Below, piece after piece: positions 39,681 to 52,916 of a stretch of DNA of 64,000 bases. Below the pieces are notes generated by a model, which was not told the origin of the DNA, did not search any database, and saw nothing but the letters and a program-made list of their open reading frames with translations. The position numbers were made by a program, and so were the translations under genes. This stretch comes from Chiloscyllium plagiosum (lineage: Eukaryota): assembly GCF_004010195.1 (NCBI RefSeq), contig NC_057749.1, positions 19,298,432 to 19,362,431 of the forward strand, read 5' to 3'. How positions within the stretch are numbered: position 1 is the stretch's first letter; each line of letters opens with the position of its first letter.

Positions 39681-40279
39681 CTATCTTAATTATAACTGTT
39701 TGTTTGGAAAACTAAGTTTTTTTTTAAAAAATCAAGGAAATTACAAGACTAGATGGTAGCATTTTCTCTAACAGTATTTTATTGAAAACCTTCTTGTATG
39801 GGCAAAACCTTAGCCTGGAGCTCACTCGTGTTCCCAGTGCTATTACTCAGTGTGAGAGAGAGTCAGCCACATTGAAGCTACAGTCACAATATTGGGGGAT
39901 ATGAGGTGCACAGTGATCATTAGTAAATCTGGAACTATGGAGTCCTGATTTAATAGTAGGACCATGTTTCCATTTTTTCACCCAGTTTTTCATGTGACAC
40001 AGTCACATTGAGAGCAAACCTGCTGTACAAGGCCAGAGCCAAGATTAGGACAGGAGAGAAGGAGAGAACGTAGGAATGGGTATGGAAGATATTTTTAGAT
40101 GGTTGGGGAGAGAGGGACATCAACAGGTCTGGAAGTTAATGGAAGAGTGATGGCTTGCCTTGAAGGCTAGTGGAAAGCAATCTGCTCTCACTGGCTCCCA
40201 AGAAGGCATTGAATTGCTGATTGTGGAGGGGTGTTTCTCAAATCTTCATACTGGTCAAACTGGAAGTTTTGTGTGTGTG

Positions 40280-40583
40280 TTAGATTACTTAGTGTGGAAA
40301 AAGGCCCTTCGACCCAACAAATCCACACCGACTCGCCGAAGCGTAACCCACCCAGACCCATTCCCCTACATTTACCCCTTCACCTAACACTACGGGCAAT
40401 TTAGCATGGCCGATTCACCTAACCTGCACATTTTGGGAGGAAACCGGAGCACCTGGAGAAAACCCACGCAGACACGGGGAGAATATGCAAACTCCACACA
40501 GAGAGTCGCCTGAGGCGGGAATTGAACCTGGGTCTCTGGCACTGTGAGGCAGCAGTGCTAACCGCTGTGCTACCGTGCCGCCC
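40280..40583 (-). mobile_element. V-SINE (young)
   Basis: CpG-retaining reverse-complement copy. Confidence 0.88.
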
Positions 40584-40996
40584 ATAGTTAAGGGTTCCTA
40601 GTGGTGAAAATGCTATCCACCTCCATACACACGCACTCGTGTACAGATCGTAAATGCATGCACCCTCCCATGAGCATACACTCACACATGTGCAGCACCT
40701 GCACCCACCCTACCATACAATGCAGGTATGCCCTCGCCCATTTCCCCCCATAACACACACACACCCCCGCCCCTCCAACCTCCACTCTTCTGCCCTCCCT
40801 TCTTCTGGGTTGTCAAAACTTCCTCCTTCAAATTCGAGAGTTTTCTTCAGTAATAACAGAAAGCCATAGAGGAACTTGTTGCTTTAGAAACCCTTTCTAG
40901 TGAAAGTTTTTGCAGACAAAACCTTCATGGAAGCCATTTATGAGAAACAGTTATTTTGTTTTTTGGTGATATTGAAGTAAACAGTACAGAGCAAGC

Positions 40997-41165
40997 AGTC
41001 CAAAGATGTGCAGGTTAGGTGAATTGGCCATGCTAAATTGCCCATAGTGTTAGCCACATTAGTCAGAGGGAAATGGGTCTGGGTGGGTTACTCTTTAGAG
41101 GGTCGGTGTGGACTTGTTTAGCCGAAGGGCCTGTTTCCACTCTGTAGGGAATCTAATCTAATCTA
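40997..41165 (+). mobile_element. 5'-truncated V-SINE with an (aatct)n tail
   Basis: cagtccaaagatgtgcaggttagg..aatctaatcta. Confidence 0.8.
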
Positions 41166-41211
41166 AAAATCACACAACACCAGGTTATAGTCCAACAGGT
41201 TTAATTGGAAG

Positions 41212-41248
41212 CACTCTAGCTTTCGGAGCGACGCTCCTTCATCAGGTG
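41212..41248 (-). ncRNA. Minimal hammerhead motif (family B) in a pLTR fragment ~41165-41252
   Basis: cac-CTGATGA-a-GGAGC gtc GCTCC-GAAA-GCTA-gagtg: intact core, AGCT palindromic stem III, CUA site. Confidence 0.65.
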
Positions 41249-42794
41249 ATTGAGTCCGAATCATAATCTAATCTAAACTTTTAAAGTAACTCAAAACACA
41301 CACTAAAAATTTGCTAATGGCTGATTACCTGGAAGTGCATTCAACAAGTCCAATAAAGACATGAATATTGATAAATTAGTGAATGCGGAAGGACAAGGGT
41401 GAGAATGACTAAGAATGATGTAATTTTACAGCAAAGGAGGAAGCTAAAGCTTTCATTTTTCTGCTTTTTCTCCACATCCTTTTAAAGCCTAAGCTCACTT
41501 CCCTTTTAAAAACTCCGAATGCTACTACCTTGTAAACATTTGACAAGGGTCTTGTGAATACAGTAATCAGCAGTGCTCCTGACATTTCATATAAACCACA
41601 GGAACAAAATCTGGAAGGAATATACTGTTAATCATGTTTGAAAGGAGCTTTTCTGCTTCTGCATTAAACGCGTATTTAACGAGAAGGATTTTTAGGTAAT
41701 CACGTAGAGGCTTTTGGTAAAGAAGGAAAATCAAGGTATAAATTGCTGTAACCTTTAACTTTTAACATGAGTTAAAAGTTAACTGAGGAAGAAAACATTA
41801 TAATTGAATAGATAATAAAGCCCTGTCATCCACGACTGGAGGATAGGACAAGCAGTCCAAAAAAAAGCAGCCTAGCAGAAAGGAGGGCGATAGCATCTGA
41901 GTAGATTCACATGCAGTGCTTCGAGTGGCAGGGTTGGGTGGGGGAGCGGTTGCGGGGTGTGGCAGGGAGTGCAGTCAGTGTGTGCTTGACTGATCGAGTG
42001 AAGTTCCCCATTTGAAATGCAGAGATTTCGTTTATGCAATTCATCTATTTTCAGTGGCGGAGGAAAACTATTTATTTCCCAAGTACTAATTGAACACTAT
42101 CACTGGTAATCTTGACACCCCTTATTGACTTCTTTCAGGGTTGACTATACCACACAACCCAGGTTCATCCTGTTGCAGTAGAATAACTTTTAATTCACCC
42201 GAATAATACTTTCAGAGACTGAAATTTACTTGTAATTTAAGTGTAGAAAAATTGTTTGATAAACTGAATGACGTGGAGTTATACAATTTGTACCTGGATA
42301 ACAATGGGATGTGGATGGACTTAAATGAAATGCCACAAAAGGTCTGTGGTATTTTAAGCATTGGTTACATTGGACTTTTTAAAATCTTAAAAGCTCCATT
42401 GGTCCAGAGCAGCAAAATTGGCCACATTCCCAACAGTGGAATGACAAAAACTTTGGCACTTACATCCATTTAGGAATGTTATCACATTGCTTCCAAATTT
42501 TCCAGCACATTGATATTATGGTTATGTTATTTCATTTTTAAACAGGGGAGACAGTTCCAGAGCACGAATGTCACTGATCTAGTAATCACAGAAGCCCAGG
42601 TAGTGCTTTGAGCATTTGTCTCTTCCTACATACTCTTCAATTCTTTTCACCCTCATTTACTTAACCAGCTTTCCCTTACAGGCAAAATGAGTAATAGAAA
42701 GACAAACCTTATTAAACTGGTTCTTTCAGCAGTTTGCACTGTCAAGATCTCTACTTCACAAATGTAAAACAGTTTTAAAAATATTTCTCTTTAG

Positions 42795-42916
42795 ATTAAG
42801 AAAGGCAATCGCAAATGTGAATGTATCCTCCATAGTGTTGAAGTTGTGAGCAGTCTGGCATCCGTACAGAAGGATACCTTCGAATATCCGAGTTCCCAAT
42901 TGCAACATCTGTGGAG
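42795..42916 (+). CDS. MAN2C1: MAN2C1 exon ([40 protein letters not shown])
   Basis: ctttag|ATTAAG...TGGAG|gtagta; 122 nt; IKKGNR and LQHLWR match MAN2C1. Confidence 0.95.
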
Positions 42917-43596
42917 GTAGTATCTGTTTCATGACATTTACTTTGTTGTGTTGTTTGTTCTTTCTGCTTTGAGATTTCTCCGTTCCACAAAGAACTAAAG
43001 TTATGAAGCTCCGAAACTGAGCACTTTCAACCTTTGACACCACACACCCTATGGAATATAATGACTAGGGACTTTGAAAAAGTGCTTTGACCTTTCTTTT
43101 AACCACCTCTTCACACCACCCCTGAATTTCTTACCTGCCACTTGACTCTCCCTTCAGTGGTTGCATCAAGCTGGAAGTCATCCTGTACAGATTCATAGTC
43201 CAAATCACAGACCTATCCCACTGGCAGCATGGACCTTCTCATAGTGGTATGGAATGTGCAGTTCCTATGCGCAGGGAGTGTTGCAGGAAATCAGACCTCC
43301 AAGCTCTAGTTTGAGTAGGCTTCAAGAGTTAATCAATGGTGCTCCCCAAATGCATTACATGGGTATCACTGAATTACTGAAAATTTTCTAATGATTAATG
43401 TTACGGTAGCCATTTGCTGATTGTGCAGTTAAAGTTTTGGCACACATTGCAGAAATGAATAAAGTTTAGATTGACACGTGAGGTTTATGCTCAAAGTTTA
43501 AACACTCTTTCTCAGTATATTTGACTTTCCCATGAGTTGTGAGTAGTTTTCAAAACATGCTGCAATTTGAGACACTCTGTAATGCTGCACTATGTT

Positions 43597-43817
43597 AGTT
43601 GAAACTTTATTGCTGGAACAGCATAGCAGGTCAGGCAGCATCCAGGGAACAGGAGATTCGACGTTTCGGGCACAGGCCCTTCTTCAGGAATTCCTGAAGA
43701 AGGGCCTGTGCCCGAAACGTCGAATCTCCTGTTCCCTGGATGCTGCCTGACCTGCTGTGCTGTTCCAGCAATAAAGTTTCAACTTTGTGATCCAGCATCT
43801 GCAGACCTCACTTTCTC
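43597..43817. mobile_element. 188-bp near-perfect palindromic PLE-type insertion plus a 3' terminal tag
   Basis: 94-bp arms 43597-43690 and 43691-43784 with one mismatch; 17-bp TSD ctgcactatgttagttg at 43585-43601 and 43818-43834. Confidence 0.92.
43690..43725 (+). ncRNA. Minimal hammerhead ribozyme motif, intact (mirror copy at 43656-43691 on -)
   Basis: ATTC-CTGAAGA-a-GGGC ctgt GCCC-GAAA-CGTC-GAAT: perfect stem I, predicted cleavage after C43721. Confidence 0.75.
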
Positions 43818-44302
43818 CTGCACTATGTTAGTTGCTGAGTTTGAAACCTGACTGAAAGTGAGAATGTTGTAGCTTTTACAAGATGAGACCAGAACTGAGA
43901 AGTTCTGCCCCCCCCCCTCCCCATTGTCCGTAAAGCAAGATTGGAGGGGGAGCTGATTAGAGATCTTTAAGATAATTAAAGGCATAGACGTAGGGATCAT
44001 TTTTCCACATCTTGGGAAGACCCTAAGCTGATAGCCGTAAATGCAGTCACCAATAAATCTAAGAGGGAAACTATGAGAAACCTCTTTAGCCAGAGAACCT
44101 CCTGCCACAAGGAGTGTTTGGGGTGAATAGCGCACATGCATTTTGCGGGAATCCAGATACAAATATTGAGAAGGAAAAGATTGGGAAGTTTATGCTGAAT
44201 AGGATGAGTTGCAAAGGGGTGAGACAAGGCCCACATCAAGCACAAACATTAGTGTTGAGAGGCTAATTTTGTGTAATTTAATGTAACTATCACATTTCAC
44301 AG

Positions 44303-44388
44303 ACTGCTGCTCCTTAATCAGTTCCATGATGTGCTGCCTGGCACATGTATTCAGCCTGTAGTGGAAGATGCAGTAAAGTTCTATGAAG
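44303..44388 (+). CDS. MAN2C1: MAN2C1 exon (LLLLNQFHDVLPGTCIQPVVEDAVKFYE)
   Basis: tcacag|ACTG...GAAG|gtaagg; 86 nt; NQFHD metal-ligand motif. Confidence 0.96.
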
Positions 44389-44419
44389 GTAAGGCATCTC
44401 AATTGTCCAGTCTCCTCAA

Positions 44420-46255
44420 TCTGCTGTTATGTTTAGAGAATGGACCTCTGTGTCACAGAGGCCAAACGCCAACTCTCCGACACCACATCCTACCTCCCCG
44501 TTGACCACAAGTCCACCATGGTCCATTAGGCCACTATTATCCACACTGTGACCTCATTGCTTATGGTGACTTCCCTCACAGACCCCCCAGCCCTACACTG
44601 CCCAGTTCTATCTGCCCCCCAAGATCCACAAGCCTGACTACCCCGGCCGACCCATCATCTCCACATGCTCCTGCCCCATTGAACTCATTTCTTGCTACCT
44701 TGACTCAATTCTCTCTATCCTTGGTTCTGGCAGTTCTAATCTACATCTGAGACACCGACCACGTCCTCCACCTCTTCGAAAACTTCCAGTTCCCGGCCTC
44801 CAGCGCTTCATCTTCACTCTAGATGTGCAGTCCTTATACACATCCATACCCAGCAATGATGGCCTGCAGGCCCTCAAGTTTCTTCTCCTCCAACAGATCC
44901 ATTAGGTCCCCCTCCACCATAGTCCTCACCCTCAATAACTTTTCCTTAAACTCTTCCCATTTCCTCCAAATTCAGGGAGTGGCCATGGGCACTCACATGG
45001 GCCCTAGCTTCGCCTGCCTCTTTGTTGGCCATGTCGAACAGTCCCTCTTCAGCATGTACACATGTGCTATTCCCCAACTCTTCCGCTGTTACTTTGATGA
45101 CAGTGTCAGTGTTCTGCACCCACGCTGAACTGGAGCAGTTCTTTTCACTTGGCCAACAATTTCCACCTTGCGCTCAAATTCACTTGGTCTATCTCAGACA
45201 ATTCCCTCCTCTTCCTTGACCTCTCCATTTCCATGTCTGACGGCTGTTTATGGACTGACACTTACTATAAACACACAGACTCCCATAACTACCTAGACTA
45301 CATCTCTTCCCACCCCGTATCCTGCAAAAACTCCATCCCGTTTTCCCAATTCCTTCATCTTCGTCACATCTGCTTTGACAAGGAGACGTTCCACTCCCAA
45401 GCATCCCAGAAGTCCACCTATTTTAAACAATGTGCTTCTTCCCCCTCTGTTATCCAGACAGTCCCCCACCGCACCTCCTCCATTCCCCACTCCACTGCTC
45501 TAAACCTCCACCACCCACCAAAAAAAATAAAGACAGGGTTCCCCTTGTCTTCACTTTGCACCCCACCCCCACCCCCCCAGTAGCTTCCTCTGCACCTGTA
45601 AAAGATGCAAAACTTGCCAGCACATCACCCCACTCACCTCCATCCAAGGTCCTAAACAATCCTTCCAGGTGAAACAAAGGTTCACCTGCCTCTCCTCCAA
45701 CCTAGATTACTGCATCCGGTGTTCCTGATATGGTCTTTTCTGCATTAGTGAGACCAAACGTAAACTAAGAGAACGTTCTGCTGAGCATCTCAGCCTGACA
45801 TCCTGGTTGCTGTCCATTTCAGTTCCCCCCCCCACTTCCTCTCTGACATGTCCATCCTCTGCCTCCTCCATTGCCACAGTGAATCAGATTGCAAATTGGA
45901 GGAATAATACCTTATCTTCCGCCTCGGCAGCCTACAGCCCGGAGGACTCAACATTGAGCTCTCCAATTTCAAATAACCTTCCCACCCATCACCCAACTCC
46001 CTTTCTAACCTGCCTCTTCCCTTCCATTCCACTTACCGACCCTTCCTTCCAGCTACCAACTGGATTCATCCCTCCCATTGACCAACCAGGTTGTACCCAT
46101 CACCTGCATTCACCCATCACTGCCTCACCATCCTGCCCCTCTCCCCACCCATAACCCTTCCCTCCATTCCTGAAGAAGTTATACCCGAAATGTCGACTTC
46201 TCCACCTCCTGATGGTGCCTAGCTTACTGTGTTCTTCCAGCCTCCTGCTTGTCTA
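44420..46255 (+). mobile_element. Decayed Penelope-like element: RT, GIY-YIG endonuclease and pLTR
   Basis: PKIHKP..GRPIIS, QIQGVAMGTHMGPSFACLFVG, PFSQFLHLRHIC, FTC.SSNL.YCIRC..ETKRKL.ER..EH; hammerhead remnant ~46165-46200. Confidence 0.9.
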
Positions 46256-46863
46256 TTATGTTTATTTTGCAGGCAATTAGACTAAAGTTTCTTATATCAT
46301 TTGTGATTCCTTACGTAATTGTGGATAATTAGCTTTTTGAATTCTAGGTAATTATATGGTTACATTTTTATGCAAAATTTACATAAATGTAATTTTATCA
46401 CTTCCAAATTGCTGTAATTTTCTAGATTGTGCAGGAAGTAAAGCTCATGCAATATAGGTATATTTTAATCAGGTATATTTTGAGAATGACTTTATTGTAG
46501 GGTTTATTGTTGTAAGTAACATTTGAGTAGCACTGAAAAAGGTGATCTGGCACTGCTTGCTTTATTTGCTTCTAATCCTGTTGTGGTAATGCACAAAGGA
46601 CATGTTGTGCTGAACTGAATATCTTGAATTGGTTAAGTGTAGCTGTTAGTACACTAGGAATTTGTCAGCAAGTGCTGCCCAATTGCAGAATCAGATCAAA
46701 CAGTGGATGCTTTATCAGGCTCTTAATGTGCTTTGTTTATTCCTGCTATACCTTCATAAGCAGGGACCTGTTGTGTACAAACAAAAGGAACATGTTCAAG
46801 TCTTATGTTCTTTTGAATTACCTGCGAGATTGGGGAAACTTAGATCCTTGTTGCTTTCTCCAT

Positions 46864-47383
46864 GGAGAGAAAGTGAGGACTGCACCCATCAACCTCACTG
46901 CCCCATGGCTGAACATTTTAACTCCTCCTCCCACTCCATCAAGGACATGCAGGTCCTGGGCCGCCTCCATCGCCAAACAATTATAACCCAATGCCTGGAG
47001 GAAGAACGCCTCATATTCCACCTTGGGACCCTGCAACCACATGAGATGAATGTGGATTTCAACAGCTTCCTAATTTCTCCTCCCCCCGCATTATCCCAGT
47101 CCCAAGCCTCCAACTCTGCAACGCCCCCCTGACCTGTTCATCACCTTTCCCAACTATCCGCTGCACTTCTTTCCCCCCCCCACAACGACCTATCATCTCC
47201 CTCACCTTCATCTACCTATCGCTTTCTCAGCTATCCCCTTCCACCCCACCCCCCTGCCATTTATCTCTCAGCCCCCTGGCCCACAAGCCTCATTCCTGAT
47301 GAAGAGCTTATGCCCGAAACATCGATTCACCTGCTCCTCTTCGGATGCTGCCTGACCTGCTGTGCTTTTCCACTCTTGACCCC
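46864..47383 (+). mobile_element. PLE family A insertion with an inverted terminal tag
   Basis: 13-bp TSD ttgctttctccat at 46851-46863 and 47384-47396; LEEERLIFHLGTLQP; hammerhead motif ~47292-47328. Confidence 0.82.
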
Positions 47384-48529
47384 TTGCTTTCTCCATAGCA
47401 ATGCCTGGACTAATCACAGAAGACTTGCCAACCAAACTTTAACTCTCCGTGAGTTAAAGTTATTACACGTTTGAAATTCGGCATTCTTGCATTTGTCCTG
47501 ATGAGTGCAAAATGAAAAACTTGAGCAATACTCAAGTCCGACGCAAAGCAAATCTGGTCTGTCTAAAATATTTGATTCTGCTTTCTACCAACAAGTGCAA
47601 ACCCTCTTCCATTTGTTTATCTTGCATGTCATGTATAACAAATCTTTCTTAAAAAGCTGCCTGACAAAGTGTAACAACTGCTTTCAGTGACTGAAATTTG
47701 ATTATGTGTACCTACCCACTAAAGCAGACAACATCATACACTATCTTGATTTGGAATTGTATCACTGTTCCTTCACTATTGCTGGGTCAAAATTCTAGAA
47801 CTCCTCTCTTTACAGCACTGTTGGTGTCCCTACACTCACTCAACTGCAGCAGTCAAAAGCCTGGTTCAGCCTGAGACAATGTCCAAGCAGACATGGAATT
47901 TTCAGCAGGGGTTGCAAACAATGGCTTTCATATTCCTATGTTTAACAGGCAAATATCACAGATTACGGGTATCAGACAAGAAATTTGTTAACACAGATGT
48001 CGTAGGCTGGGAGATGCCAAAGAAGTGGAAATGGGCGACATTAGTGCACTTTTGGAATATGCAACTAGAAGAATTTGCGGTTACACAGAAAATTTACGTA
48101 CCCAACATCCTTCATTGGACCATAATCAGATAAAATTGGACAGCAACTTGAATGAGGAGATATTGAGACAGTTTTACAGAAACAAAATACTGCATTTCTG
48201 GAGATCTGAAGTAAAATCAGAAACTGCTGGAGAAAATCAGCTGGTCTGGCAGCATCTGTGGAGAGGGAAACAGAATTGAGATAGTTTTAATTGGTTGCTA
48301 TTTTTGATCTCTCCATGTGATTGTTTAATGATCGCTGATCTAATTACTTAGAATTAGACTGAACTACTTCACAGCTGTTACTAAATTCGAGATTCCCTTC
48401 TTGGTGGCTTTTATTGAGAAGAGTAAGACTGTGAATGTCAGGAATAAAGGATATTACCTCCTGACTAAATATTAAAAGTGATTTTCCATTCTTCTCCTCA
48501 GTATAAAAATAATTTCATTTTGTTTCTGG

Positions 48530-51500
48530 GGCTCAGAAGGGAAGGGGGGAGAATAGGAGAGCAAAAGTGATAGGAGATTCAGTCATGAGAGGAACAGACA
48601 GGAGATTTTGTGGTTGTGAGCGATACTCCTAGATGGTATTTTGCCTTCTGGGTGCCAGGGTCAGGGGTGTCTCAGAGTCTACAGGATTCTTAAGGGGGAG
48701 GGAGAGCAGCCAGAAGTCATGGTGCACATCAATGCTAGTGACATAGTTAGGGAAAGGGAGGAGGACCTGAAACGTGAACATAGGGGGTTAGTTTGGAAGC
48801 TAGCAGGCAAGATGAGCAGATTAGTAATCTCAGGATTGCTACCGGTGCCTCTTGCTAGTGAGGCTAGGAATAGAGAGGGAATGCAGATGAACATGTGGCT
48901 GTAGGGCTGGTGTAGGAGGGAGGGCTTCAAGATATATGGATCATTGGGATACCTTCTGGGGAAGGTGGGAACTGTACAAGAAGGACAGGTTGCACCTGAA
49001 CTGGAGGGGCACCAATATCCTGAGCAGGAGGCTTGCTAGATCTCTTCAGGAGGCTTTAAACAAGATTGGCAGGGGAGTGGGAACCTGTGCTACGGCTCAG
49101 AGGATGGGGTAGGTAGTGAACAGCCAGATACAGCATGCAGAGAATCTGAGAGGAGGGATGGGCACTTGATAGGGCCAAGGTGCAGTCAGTGTGATGCGGT
49201 GAACTGTGATAATTTTAATGCAAGAAGTATCAGGAATAAGGGAGACGAGCTCAGAGGGTTGGAACTTGGAGCTGTGGTGTTGTGACCATTACGGAGACTT
49301 GGATATCACAGGGGCAGGAAAGGCTGTTGGATGTTCCAAGGTTTAGATGTTTCAAAAGGAGTGGGGTGGGGTAAGGTAAAAGAGGTGGGGGAGTGGCATT
49401 GCTAATCAGGGATAGCATCACAGCTGCACAAAGGGAGGTCATCGAGGAGGGTTTGTCTACTCAATCAGAATGGGTGGAAGTCAGAAACAAGAAAGGAGCA
49501 GTCACTTTATTGGGGGTTTTCTATAGCTCCCCCCCAATAGCAACAGAGACACGGAGGAGCAGATTGGGAGGCAGATTTTGGAAAGGTACAGAAGTAATGC
49601 AGAAATTTTCCTGGGTGACTTTAACTTCCCTAATATTGATTGGAACCTCCTTAGTTCAAATAGTTTGGATAGACCAGATTTTGTCAGGGGAGTCCGGGAA
49701 GGGTTCCTGACTCAATATGTAGATAGGCCGACTAGAGGTGAGGCCATATTGAATTTGATGCTTGGCAACAAACCAGGCCAGGTGTCAAATCTCTCAGTGG
49801 AAGTGCATTTCCGTGATAGTGATCACAACTCCTAGACCTTTACTATAATCATGGAGAGGGATAGGAGCAGACAGAATGGGAAAGTATTTCATTGGGGGAG
49901 GGAGAATTACAATGCTATTAGGCAGGAACTGGGGTGCCTAAATTGGGAACAGATGTTCTCCGGGAAATGCACGTCAGAAATGTAGAGGTTGTTTAGGGAG
50001 CACTTGCTGTGAGTGCTGGATAGGTTTGTCCCACTGAGTCAAGGAAGGGATGGTAGGATGAAGGAACCTTGGGTGACAAAAGGAAGAAGGAAGCTTACTT
50101 AAGGTTGAGGAGGCAAGGACCAGATAAGAGGCAGGACTGTAGAGGGTTACAAGGTAGACAGGAAGGAATTGAAGAGTGGACTTAGAAGAGCTAGAAGGGG
50201 GCATGATAAAGCTTTAGCGGGTAGAATGAAGGAAGACCCGAAGGCATTTGACATTTATGTGAGGAACAAGGGGAAGGCTAGAGTGAGGGTCGGGCCGATC
50301 AAGGATAGTGGAGAGAACTTGTGCCTGGAGTCAGAGGAGGGAAGGAAGGTCCTAAATGAATACTTTGCTTCAGTATTCACTACTTTGAAGGACCTTGTCG
50401 TTTTCGAGGACTGCATGAAACAGGGTTGTTGTCAGGAAGGAGAATGTGCTGAAAATTTTGAAAAACATAAGGATAAATAAATCCCTTGGGCCAGATGGGA
50501 TATGCCCAAGATTATGACAGGAAGCGAGGAAAGAGATTGCTGCATCTTTGGCGATGATCGTTGCATTCTCACACTGTCCACTGGAGTAGTGCCAGATGAT
50601 GCAGGGTGGCAAATGTTATTCCCTTGTTAAAGAAAGGGAACAGGGGTAATTCTGGGAATTACAGACCAGTCAGTCTTATGTCTCGGGTGGGCAAAGTATT
50701 GGACATGATTCTGAGAAACAAAATTTATGATAACTTGGAAAGCCATAGCTTCATTATGGCTTTGAGGGGCAGGTCATGCCTCACAAGCCGTTTTGAATTA
50801 TTTGAGGATGTGACAAAACACACAAAAGGTAGAGCATTGGATGTGGTGTAAAAGGATTTTAGCAAGGCGTTTGATAAGGTTCCCCATGGTAGGCTCATTC
50901 AGGAAGCAAGGAGGCAAGGGATACAGGCTATCTGGATACAGAATTTGCTCGCCCATGGAAGGAAGAGGGTGGTGGTAGATGGAAGGTATTCAGCCTGGAG
51001 CTTGGTGACCAGTGGTTTTCCGCAAGGATCAGTTCTGGGACCTCTGCTCTGTGATTTTTTTTATATAAGTGATTTAGATGAGGAAGTGGGAAGGTGGGTT
51101 GGTAAGTTTGCCGATGACCTGAAGGTTGGTGGAATGGTGGATAGTGTGGAGGGCTGTTGTAGGTTGCAATGGGGCATTGACAGGATGCAGAACTGGGCTG
51201 ATAAGTGGCAGATGGAATTCAACCTGGAAAACGTGAAGTGATTCATTTTGGAAGGCCGAATCTGAATGCAGATTACAGGGTTAAAGGCAGGATTCTTGGC
51301 AGTATGGAGGAACACAGGGATCCATATCCATAGATCGCTCAAAGTTGTCGCCCAAGTTGATAGGGTTGTTAAGAAGGCGTATGGTGTGTTGGCTTTCATT
51401 AGCAGGGGGCTTGAGTTTAAGAGCTGTGAGGTTTTGCTGCAGCTCTTTAAAGCCCTGGTTAGACCACACTTGGAATATTGTGTTCATTTCTGAGGGAGTT

Positions 51501-51848
51501 AGGGTTTTCTCATTGAAGCGACGAAGGAAGAGAGGTGACTTTGATAAAGGTGTACAAGGTGATTAGAGGCATAGGTAGAGTGAATAGCCAGTGACATTTT
51601 CCCAGGGTGGAATTAGCTATCATGAGAGGGCATAATTTTATGATGAATCGAGGAAGGTTTAGGGGGGATGTCAGAGGTAGGTTCTTTAACAGAGTGGTGG
51701 GTGTGTGGAATGCTCTGCCAACAGTGGTAGTAGAGTCACATACATTAGGGACATTTAAGTGACTCTTGGATAGGCACATGGAAGACAGTAGTTTAGCCTG
51801 ATCTTAGAGTAGGATGAAAGGGCCGAAGGGTCTGTACTGTTCTATGGT
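48530..51848 (+). mobile_element. Long decayed CR1 LINE: ORF1 esterase domain plus ORF2 APE/RT
   Basis: VIGDS..RGTDRRFCG, EQPEVMVHI..D (SGNH-type ORF1), GDFNFPNIDW, GNYRPVSL, PQGSVLGP, KFADD; frameshifts and stops throughout. Confidence 0.92.
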
Positions 51849-51925
51849 TTGTGGACTGAGCCTCACATTCACTAATTGAGAACTCCTTTTGCTCTGCCAT
51901 TTTACTTTTGGTTTTTAATTTGCAG

Positions 51926-52087
51926 AAATCCAGAGCAATGGGAATGAACTCCTGAAAGAGGCGATACAGTGTCTCCTGGGAGGATCTGAACAGGAGACTG
52001 GGAAGAACATCCATGTGCTCAACACCCTGTCATGGGAACGGACTGAAGTAATCTCAATGCCACGACTGGAAGGAGACGAAGTCCTGG
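51926..52087 (+). CDS. MAN2C1: MAN2C1 exon (IQSNGNELLKEAIQCLLGGSEQETGKNIHVLNTLSWERTEVISMPRLEGDEVL)
   Basis: ttgcag|AAATC...CTGG|gtaata; 162 nt, phase 1/1; NTLxWxRxEV motif. Confidence 0.92.
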
Positions 52088-52916
52088 GTAATAGAATTAG
52101 ACTTGGTGACTGAAAAGCTTTCAAACAAAGAATGCCTGCCCTGCTGCCGTCTGGAACCAAACATAAGCTGATTCCTAAATAGGCCAAAAACATTGTATTC
52201 AAGAGGGGAGACTGACAGTAATAGCAGTCTCCTGCAGGAGCACATTATGACTTTATTCTTTAATTAGAAGTCAGTGTCACTGGCAAGACCAGTACTTGTT
52301 GCTCATTCTTAATTGCCCTACTAACTTGCTTAGCCAATTCAGAGATCAGTTAAGAATCAACAACATTGAATCAGGTATCAAGATTTTGTAAGGACAGCAG
52401 GATTACCTCCCTTTGTGGGCATTAATGAATCGGATAGATTTTTTTGACAGTCGATGGTAATTTCAGAGTCACCTTTACTGAGGCTAACTTTTAGTTTCCA
52501 ATTTTTAGAAATTAAAAATATTCTATAGCAGCATATTGCTGGCATTTGTCGGGAACCTATTGTGATGAGAATTTATTCACAAAGTTTATTTTGCAAAAAA
52601 TGTCTGTGGTCAGATAAAAAGTGTTTTGCAGTATCTTACTCGGAAATATAACTTTTTTATTTTTAAATGTGTTTCATTTTCTTATGTATTTGAGTTCCCC
52701 TTGTTAGGTTTCATTATTCTCTGGCTGTTGGGAAGGTAGGTTCCTCTGTTAGTGCTGCGCTTGAGTCAGCACAGTACTGGGGAATCTTGGCCACTTTCTC
52801 TGATGGAGTGAGGAAGATTAAGAATTAAGGTCAAAATTAAGGCAGGTGATGGTCTATATATTAAGGCACCAGTACGTCGCACCATCTGTTTTCTGTTGGA
52901 ATCGTGGCAACACAAT

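Noticed and set aside
46681..46760. Candidate MAN2C1 exon (IRSN..)
   Set aside because: Wrong phase after the AG and no further similarity; the exon at 51926-52087 fits.
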